Source: Macrostomum lignano | Taxonomy: Eukaryota | DNA length: 64,000 bases | Assembly (NCBI GenBank): GCA_002269645.1 | Contig: NIVC01000385.1 | Coordinates: forward strand, 310,001-374,000 | Direction of reading: 5' to 3' | In this document: positions 55,089 through 64,000 of the stretch, one piece after another | Layout: every line of letters starts with the position of its first letter | How positions within the stretch are numbered: the stretch's first letter is position 1 | The notes under the pieces: model-generated | What the model saw: only the letters and a program-made list of their open reading frames with translations | Told to the model about the DNA's origin: nothing | The model's database searches: none | Position numbers and translations under genes: made by a program

Positions 55089-55143
<55 letters not shown>

Positions 55144-55167
55144 GTGTCTGTCTGTCTGTTTGTCTTG

Positions 55168-55234
<67 letters not shown>

Positions 55235-55293
55235 CGTTTGTCTGTCTGCCTGCCTGTCTGTCTGTGTGTCTGTGTGTCTGTCTGTTTGTCTTG

Positions 55294-55363
<70 letters not shown>

Positions 55364-55484
55364 GTGTCTGTCTGTCTGCTTGCCTGTGTGTCTGTCTGTC
55401 TGTCTGTCTGTATGTCTGTCTGTCTGCTTGCCTGTGTGTCTGTCTGTCTGTCTGTCTGTGTGTCTGTCTGTCTGCTTGCCTGTG

Positions 55485-55551
<67 letters not shown>

Positions 55552-55660
55552 GTGTCTGTCTGTCTGCTTGCCTGTGTGTCTGTCTGTGTGTCTGTCTGTC
55601 TGCTTGCCTGTGTGTCTGTCTGTCTGTCTGTCTGTGTGTCTGTCTGTCTGCTTGCCTGTG

Positions 55661-55723
<63 letters not shown>

Positions 55724-55915
55724 GTGTCTGTCTGTGTGTCTTTCTGTATGTCTGTGTGTCTGTCTGTATGTCTGTGTGTCTGTATGTCTGTCTGTCTGTC
55801 TGTATGTCTGTGTGTCTGTATGTCTGTCTGTCTGTGTGTCTGTCTGTCTGTCTGTCTGTCTGTGTGTCTGTCTGTCTGTCTGTCTGTCTGTGTGTCTGTC
55901 TGTCTGTTTGTCTTG

Positions 55916-55978
<63 letters not shown>

Positions 55979-56033
55979 CGTTTGTCTGTCTGCCTGCCTG
56001 TCTGTCTGTGTGTCTGTCTGTCTGTTTGTCTTG

Positions 56034-56092
<59 letters not shown>

Positions 56093-56147
56093 CGTTTGTC
56101 TGTCTGCCTGCCTGTCTGTCTGTGTGTCTGTCTGTCTGTTTGTCTTG

Positions 56148-56198
<51 letters not shown>

Positions 56199-56312
56199 CG
56201 TTTGTCTGTCTGCCTGCCTGTCTGTCTGTCCGTTTGTCTGTCTGCGTGCCTGTCTGTCTGTGTGTCTGTCTGTCTGTTTGTCTTGTCTTGTCTGTCTGTC
56301 TGTCTGTCTGTC
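54575..56312. repeat. 1.7-kb (CTGT)n compound microsatellite
   Basis: Direct inspection. Confidence 0.98.
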
Positions 56313-56559
56313 TTCATCAGTGCAGGAACCGTACCAGCCTTAATCACACCCAGCCCACGCAAGGCTAGAGGTGAGAGGCATGAAATCCCGGATGAGCAGC
56401 CGCCCTTCCCCTAGAAGAAATTTGCCACACACTGCTGCACTCTGCCCGATGCGATCTCGGGAACAGCTGGGGATCCTCAGCAGTCAAGCGCCAGTTCTAG
56501 GTCAAGTGCTGAGCTGGCCGAATCCAAATTAATAACACGCACTCAGAATGCCGAAGTCG

Positions 56560-58198
56560 GGGGGGGGGGGGGGAGCGCGCCAATTCTCTCCGTGCGCAGT
56601 GTCTTCTTTTTCTCGGGGTTTCCTTTCGTCGACAAGATATCAAGCAGAATGTGCAGGCCGGCAATTAGAAATGACTGTGAGGAAAGGAAGAGTCTAATTA
56701 TAATTACATGTATGACTTGCAAAGCTGCTTGGACACTTTGACTTGAGGAATTAGCAGAAAAAGTCGAATGCTAGATTCAGTACAGTAAATTGCACGTGGC
56801 CCAGGTGAGTGAGAATTCTCTTTGAGACCACAGTAGGTGGGAATGTAATACCTCTATTCAGTGGCATTTCTTCACTAATTGTAGCCCAGTGCCGCTTGAT
56901 TGGAGGTTTGTGCTCAATAATTCCTAGGCTTAATTTCGAACCTGGAACTAAAAATTAGTGCGGGCTTATTCTAGCTGTTAGATTTTGTTAGATTTGTTAG
57001 GTTCATAAAATCAATGAGTCAACTTTTATGACCTTTTTGGCACAGGACCTGTACATAGGATATAAAATTAATGTAAAATCCTAATTTCCTAAACGAGAAG
57101 CTTTATGAATATCAACAGACAGACAGGCAGAAAGGCAAGGCATATCAAAAGATGAACAAATTTTGTGCTGAAAAATACGACCTTCATTCTCCGAATTATA
57201 TTTTTTCGGTAAAACCTTAGTTTCCCCGTCCTTCTACTTGAGTAGTCTTGGATATTTCACAGCTGAACTTTATTTGACACACTGACGCGGTTAAACAGAT
57301 AAGAAGTGATTGAGTTTACCAATTACCTTGTGATCAAGTACAACATTATCTTTGAGTATTCGAGTTGAGTCAAATCAGCAATATGAAATTTAATAGTTTT
57401 TTTATAAACAGCCTTTTAGTTCGTGCCAAACAGATTATGGCTGTTCTTATTAGTCATTTTTCGCACTCCAGTCTCGGTGAAGCTCATCGCCAGCCGGACT
57501 TGATGAAGCCACGGCTTGTCTTTGAAACTCTGAGCCGCACTCAGACACTGGATGGCGTACTCCCGGGCTGGAACGCCTCTCTGCCGATAGTACAGATCCA
57601 GCACCTGCTGAACTTCATTTGTTTGACCTTTCCTCAGGTGCATGAAGGGCCGCGGTGTGTCCTGAAATTTGCGCAGAACACAAAAAGCGACTTAAACGAG
57701 GGCTACCTCTGAACTTGTTTCTTATAATTTTTAAAATGAATTTTTTATTTTTTAGACAGCAGTGTCGAGGTTGTTTTTATTGAAATCATAAAGAATTAAG
57801 TTCAAGCCTTGACATCTCAGCAATGCCCCCAAAAAGCATTGACAGCTCAGCACTAGATATTTTAGTAGCGTCACCTCAACGCTGTGCAGTGGAAGCGGAA
57901 TTGCCCCATCGTTGCCTTTGGCTTTTGTTAGCTGTAAACTGCTTGTTGTGGCCTGCGATTTCTGCTGCAGCTGCTTCTGCGGCTGCTTCTTGGCCGCCTG
58001 CTTGCCAGTCTCAATGTACACCGCGCTACCAGATGACTGCTGCAGCGGTGGTAGCTTCACTCCGCCAGGTGCCTGCTGCTGCTGCTGAGTGTGAGGCGGA
58101 GTTGTTGACGCGGAGTCAGCGCGCGCCATCGAGGCGGCTGCATCCTGTTCCCCACGGTTGCCGCCTGCGCCAGCCATTTTTGACCACTTGCTCTGCAA
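56560..58198 (-). CDS. Uncharacterised multi-exon gene; exons ~58177-57875, 57661-57467, 56674-~56560 (3' end unresolved)
   Basis: Three in-phase (phase 0) GT-AG-bounded exons give MAGAGG...VKLPPLQQ...LHSVE|[29 protein letters not shown]...[17 protein letters not shown]|[18 protein letters not shown]. The frame is lost after a 15-G homopolymer. Confidence 0.55.
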
Positions 58199-58261
58199 TT
58201 ATCGGAGTGTTTAGGCTGCTTGCTGACTGACAGATACCATGACATACAGGCAAAACTGACG

Positions 58262-58297
58262 GACACAATAGACAGACAGGCAGACACTAAGACTGAC

Positions 58298-58394
<97 letters not shown>

Positions 58395-58411
58395 CACAGA
58401 CAGACACACAT

Positions 58412-58446
<35 letters not shown>

Positions 58447-58567
58447 CACAGACAGACAGACAGACACACATACAGACAGACACACAGACACACAGACAGA
58501 CACACATACAGACAGACAGACAGACACACATACAGACAGACAGACAGACACACAGACAGACACACAT

Positions 58568-58602
<35 letters not shown>

Positions 58603-58675
58603 CACATACAGACAGACAGACAGACACACAGACAGACAGACAGACAGACAGGCAGACAGACAGACACATAGACAC

Positions 58676-58730
<55 letters not shown>

Positions 58731-58731
58731 C

Positions 58732-58790
<59 letters not shown>

Positions 58791-58807
58791 CTCTGACAGA
58801 CACACAT

Positions 58808-58842
<35 letters not shown>

Positions 58843-58907
58843 CACATACAGACAGACAGACAGACACACAGACAGACAGACAGACAGACACACAGACAGA
58901 CACACAT

Positions 58908-58946
<39 letters not shown>

Positions 58947-58951
58947 CACAT

Positions 58952-59008
<57 letters not shown>

Positions 59009-59095
59009 TAAACAGACAGACACACAGACAGACAGACAGACACACAGACAGACACACACACAGACAGACAGACACACAGACAGACAGACAGACAT
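58262..59095. repeat. (GACA)n microsatellite
   Basis: Direct inspection. Confidence 0.97.
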
Positions 59096-59439
59096 ACAAG
59101 TGTCTGTGTGTTTAGCTGGACCTCAGAAGTTTTAATGCATTACATGGACCACCGACTCTTTTACTTTTAATAGAGCCTTTTTTTGGTTCACGAAAGATCT
59201 TCAAAAGTTTGTTTATTTTTCAAGCTGACAGAGGCTCTCATTAATGGAAATTGCACCAGTATTTTTATTACTTAAACTGGACCGGTTTATATGGACACCG
59301 ACAGAACGTGTTTTAGGTGAACCTTCACACCGATTCAAAATCATAGACCAAATTTAGCGTAAACCTAACACTGACAGCTAAGGTTAAACACAGACGGAGG
59401 CAATTGGAAATAATCGATTTAACGTAAAGGAAACAATTT

Positions 59440-60065
59440 TAAAGAAACACAAAACATTGAATTTTTTGCCGGATTCGTTGATCCTGCTCCTCGGATTCTC
59501 GAAGGCCGTATAAATCCGGATTAGCAAAATAGTCGAGGAGCCTTGTTTTCGCAACAACGTCATCAGCAGAGCAAAAGCCAGAATATGCACTGGCTGCGGT
59601 AGCCATTTTTTGCATCGCACATCCCCGTGGCAACTCCACTGTTGCCGATATGTTCGAAATGGACATTTCCGAACAGTTGCAGGTGTTGAAATTGAGACGA
59701 CGAAGTCCACCTATGAAATTAATTAAATTACATAAAATAATTTGTATAACGTTCAGGAAAATGCAATTAAATTGTTCTATCATTAGGATTAAGAAGCGTT
59801 AAAAGATACGCTCGAATACGCTCACTTAAATTGATACCAACAATAGAATTAAAAAACAACTCAACGTTTACTACCAAAACTAACTTCGACAACAACAAAT
59901 ACTAAAGTCGCTTACCTGATTTGAAAAAAACGAAGCAATAGTGCCACCAAAATACTTCACGCCTTCTTCACATAGCCGATCACGGTTAAAAGCCTTTGGA
60001 TATGCGAAAAAAAACTTTTTGTCTTGGAACCAATTCGTTGAAAACTCGTTTCTGCTGTCGACTGC
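59440..60065 (-). pseudogene. DBF4/ASK-like BRCT (motif N) exons 60065-59916 and 59710-~59440; frame-disrupted
   Basis: The spliced phase-0 product WFQDKKFFFAYP...VKYFGGTIASFFSNQ|VDFVVS resembles Dbf4 motif N as recalled (GK.FYL...LGG.VEEFLSKDISYLIS). PRGCAMQKMA...DDVVAK follows in another frame. Confidence 0.45.
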
Positions 60066-60221
60066 CTAAAATGTAATAAGTACCACTAAAACATACAAAG
60101 CAAAACAAAAGGGAAACATTCTTATACTATTCACAGGCACTTCATTTCAATTTATTTAAAAGAGATAATCAGAACTCGCGGAATATCGGACCTTAAGAGA
60201 GTCTGGGAATGAGAGCTTATA

Positions 60222-61030
60222 AGCTGGACCCCAGATCGGGGCACCATCTTAAACTGACTGCGTCTGTCTGTTGGCGTCACGGTGTGTTAGCTGGACCCCA
60301 GATCGGGTCACCATCTTAAACTGACTGCGTCTGTCTTTTGGTGTCACGGTGTGTTAGCTGGACCCCAGATCTGGGCACCATCTTAAACTGACCGCGTCTG
60401 TCTGTTGGTGTCACGGTGTGTTAGCTGGACCCCAGATCGGGTCACCATCTTAAACTGACTGCGTCTGTCTTTTGGTGTCACGGTGTGTTAGCTGGACCCC
60501 AGATCGGGGCACCATCTTAAACTGACTGCGTCTGTCTGTTGGTGTCACGGTGTGTTAGCTGGACCCCAGATCGGGGCACCATCTTAAACTGACTGCGTCT
60601 GTCTGTTGGTGTCACGGTGTGTTAGCTGGACCCCAGATCGGGGCACCATCTTAAACTGACTGCGTCTGTCTGTTGGTGTCACGGTGTGTTAGCTGGACCC
60701 CACAGCAGGGCACCATCTTAAACTGACTGCGTCTGTCTTTTGGTGTCACGGTGTGTTAGCTGGACCCCAGATCGGGGCACCATCTTAAACTGACTGCGTC
60801 TGTCTGTTGGTGTCACGGTGTGTTAGCTGGACCCCAGATCGGGGCACCATCTTAAACTGACTGCGTCTGTCTGTTGGTGTCACGGTGTGTTAGCTGGACC
60901 CCAGATCGGGGCACCATCTTAAACTGACTGCGTCTGTCTGTTGGTGTCACGGTGTGTTAGCTGGACCCCAGATCGGGTCACCATCTTAACTGTGTCTGTC
61001 TGTTGTTTACAAGGTGTGTTAGCTGGACCC
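60222..61030. repeat. 67-bp tandem repeat (about 12 units)
   Basis: ctggaccccagatcggggcaccatcttaaactgactgcgtctgtctgttggtgtcacggtgtgttag. Confidence 0.96.
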
Positions 61031-62924
61031 TAATCAATTACTGTTTGTTTACTTTGAAGTACTAGTATGAAGCGTAGAAGAAATGGTTGTAGTAGTTCAG
61101 CTGTTTAGGTCATGTAAAGCTAATCATTTTGTAGCTGTATAGGAATTTCGAATCAAAGAAAAACATTAAGGAGAATTGTGTCCACAATATTTGTTCATAG
61201 TTTAAGTAAAGCGCAAAATCAAAAATTTTAATAACACGTTACAACAAAACTTACTGACTTGTCCTTAGCTTTTGTTCTAGGGAAGCACTTGCCTGAAATG
61301 TATAAAATAATGTAATTCTGTATAAGTTGTTGATGCAAATGTGCTATTGTATGCTATTGATATTGACTGTAGAGTATAGCTTACCGCACTCAGAGTGCAG
61401 AGCCTTTAGGATGTTCTCGGGGATATTTTTTTCGGCTCCCATGTGTTTTTACTCCTACAAAGCATGTTAAAAATGAAAAGCAGTAAAGCCTTAAATTTTT
61501 TACAAGTTAAGTAGAATATTATTTAGAATTAGAAGTAATTCTTTTTGAAAATTTTCTTACCTGGGATAGCCAGTCCACTTTATAAAAAACTTCTTTTTGC
61601 AGCACTTCTTAATCCTTTCGACGTAAAATATTTTGGCCGTTTTCTACAGGATATTCTTCCCATACTTGCAGTTGCAATTGCAACGGGGCCTAAATAAACT
61701 CTGGTCTTAGTAAGTCTGGGTTTAAATGGACCTGATTGCGAGGCTTCTATAAGCAAGCAACCCCACGCCAATTTCATTAGACCTTTTCCTATTGGTTAGC
61801 GAGATTCTGTGGCTGGCAAATGTACAGTGCCTATTGAGATGCCCCACTGGTTGGCCAGTGTCTATTCGCACTGTACAGTCTTGAAACAGAAAATTCTAGA
61901 ATTCTTATCTCCCGACATCAGCTGTTTTAATAAAAAGCAAACAACTAGTGTACATTGCTGTGTACAATGAGACAAGCAGTCATGCTAAAATAAGGGGGTA
62001 GAGATTAGTCTGTGCTACAGGACATCGTTTTAGGGGAACCACTGGAGGCCGCTATCTTTCAAGGAGTGTGAGGCTCCTTTAAGCATAAGAGCGGCTCACA
62101 GTCCAATCACACGATGTACTCCGGATTTTCCGTCCAATGAATTTGGTTAAAAGGCACTTAAATGTTCGGATAAGCTACGACTTTCAAAGATAGCGATACA
62201 AATATGGCTTTCGTTTTGGCTTTGACATAATAAGATACAGGTATATAGCTCGTACGAAACAGCCTGTTATCAATCATTACTTCATAGTGTGTGATTGTGT
62301 AAATGCATCATTCCCTGCAGCACGGGTGGCCAGTTGCATCACTTATAATTGCGATCTTAGAGGAATTTTTAGTAGCTCAAGGTAGAGAGGAGACTCAATT
62401 CTGTGATGCAATATCGTGATTTTTTTTATAAAAATTGTCTTGAAATTAATAGCATATAATAGTTCCGTCTTTGTCGTCCAAGCCTCAAATCCATTATACA
62501 TATTGTTGCTTACAAATTTGTTATTTTATCGCAAAAAAACAACGTTTTCACGATTACAACAAATCGACAAATTTAGCTACCAATTTACCTAACAGACACA
62601 AAACAGACACCAAACAGACAGTTTTTGAAAATGGGTCATGTGAAATTTCGATTTACGTGGACCTCGAAAATCGGTTCAGGTGGACCGAGTAAAAGGTCCA
62701 GGTAAACTGAAACCGTTGTAACTTGGAACCAAAAGAACTTCGAGTGAGCAACTTTAGGGACCACGATCGTTTTCTGCTAGACTCCATCATAGGTCTATGT
62801 AAAACATCTTTAACCTTTCATGTAGAAATATATATGGTGGTCCACGTAAGGGGTCCAGTTAAAACGGGTGGTCCATGTAAGGAGGGAAAATACTGACGAA
62901 AGGTCCAAGTCCAAGTAAACACAC

Positions 62925-62960
62925 AGACATTAACACAGACAGACAGACAGACAGACACGC

Positions 62961-63039
<79 letters not shown>

Positions 63040-63068
63040 TAAACAGACAGACAGACAGACACACAGGC

Positions 63069-63107
<39 letters not shown>

Positions 63108-63164
63108 TAGACAGACAGACAGACAGACACACAGGCAGACAGACAGACAGACAGGCAGGCAGGC

Positions 63165-63217
<53 letters not shown>

Positions 63218-63240
63218 CACAGACAGACAGACAGAGAGAG
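62925..63240. repeat. (GACA)n microsatellite
   Basis: Direct inspection. Confidence 0.97.
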
Positions 63241-63604
63241 AACCAGACTGCACAAGGAGTCTACGGAATCAAATAAAAATACTTGCACTTTAGCGCTGAC
63301 TGAATCAATGATTTCGCACAAAAAATTATTTTAGTTTTCGACATTTCGTTATAAATACGCTTTTTTAATTGTTCCGCACTACTAAATAGTAGCTAATAAA
63401 TAATATTAATGGTAAAATGTGCAAAAGTTTGATCAATAAAAATCACTGAAGTGTTGGCTTTATCCATTGTACTTGTATCTTATCAAGAATTGACATTGCA
63501 AAACAATATTAAAACTTTCCAATAATTGCCAATCGTTCTCTTACCAATTTCTTGCGAGTCAAAACAGGATTAACCTAGAGATTGTATATAAAGGGGATTG
63601 TACG

Positions 63605-63865
63605 AAGGCGGTTGAGCATCAGACTTACGACTGAAAGGTCAGGGGTTCGAAGCAAATTGTGTCCTTGAGCAAGACGCTTAACTCAGCATTGCTTCAGTTC
63701 ACCCAGCTGTAAAATGGGTGCCAGCATTAGCTGGGGTAATTGAGGGTGTGTGTGGCGACCTCCCAGTACGAGCTACTTGGACTGAACAGCCGTATGCAGC
63801 CGTCAGATGCGCCGCGCAATAGCTGCGGCTGAGCTGTCGGTTGCACACCTGGGCCAATTTGAGCC
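63605..63865 (+). mobile_element. CORE-like SINE (family B)
   Basis: tRNA head remnant (gactgaaaggtcaggggttcga) plus TGTGTCCTTGAGCAAGACGCTTAACTCAGCATTGCTTCAGTTCACCCAGCTGTAAAATGGG. Confidence 0.85.
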
Positions 63866-63903
63866 CTATGATCCGAAATGTCACACAAAAACATCCCATT
63901 TAC

Positions 63904-64000
63904 CTTCTGTTTTGGCGTCTTCATCAGTTTAGTAATCTTCTTGAAGTGATCCTCGGGGTCAGTTCGGTATACGGCGGAATAGTACCGATCGATGGCCCTG
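63904..64000 (-). CDS. Probable coding exon cut by the window end (unknown product)
   Basis: Open frame RAIDRYYSAVYRTDPEDHFKKITKLMKTPKQK ending at an AAG|GTAAAT donor. Confidence 0.45.

Noticed and set aside
54407-56414. 600-aa VCLS/TDRQ ORFs (also 17.9-18.7, 58.0-59.1 and 62.8-63.3 kb)
   Set aside because: Translations of (CTGT)n microsatellites.

Overview
Animal genomic DNA with GT-AG introns, GC-rich exons and very dense tandem repeats. The style suggests a free-living flatworm such as Macrostomum, which is inference only. From left to right the window holds: (i) a transposon nest of a mariner remnant and a Ty3/gypsy pol remnant, the latter interrupted by a complete-ended P-element/THAP transposon and a tRNA-SINE; (ii) a 3-exon secreted protein with an ALK/LTK-type glycine-rich domain, whose start codon sits in the last unit of a 55-bp tandem array; (iii) a complete 21-exon thioester-containing protein (TEP, alpha-2-macroglobulin/CD109 family, about 1,540 aa) in which most introns carry their own minisatellite; (iv) a 9-exon RUNDC3-like gene; (v) an intronless 7TM GPCR; (vi) fragmentary minus-strand genes, one with a DBF4-like BRCT exon. 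The standout observation is that the 165-174 bp 'satellite' in RUNDC3 intron 4 is a head-to-tail array of 12 complete box H/ACA snoRNA-like units. Each has hairpin, H box, hairpin and ACA box at canonical spacing, and both pockets are complementary to conserved 18S rRNA sites recalled from memory. Most long ORFs in the supplied track are artefacts of simple repeats. All gene models were assembled by eye from splice signals and phase continuity.
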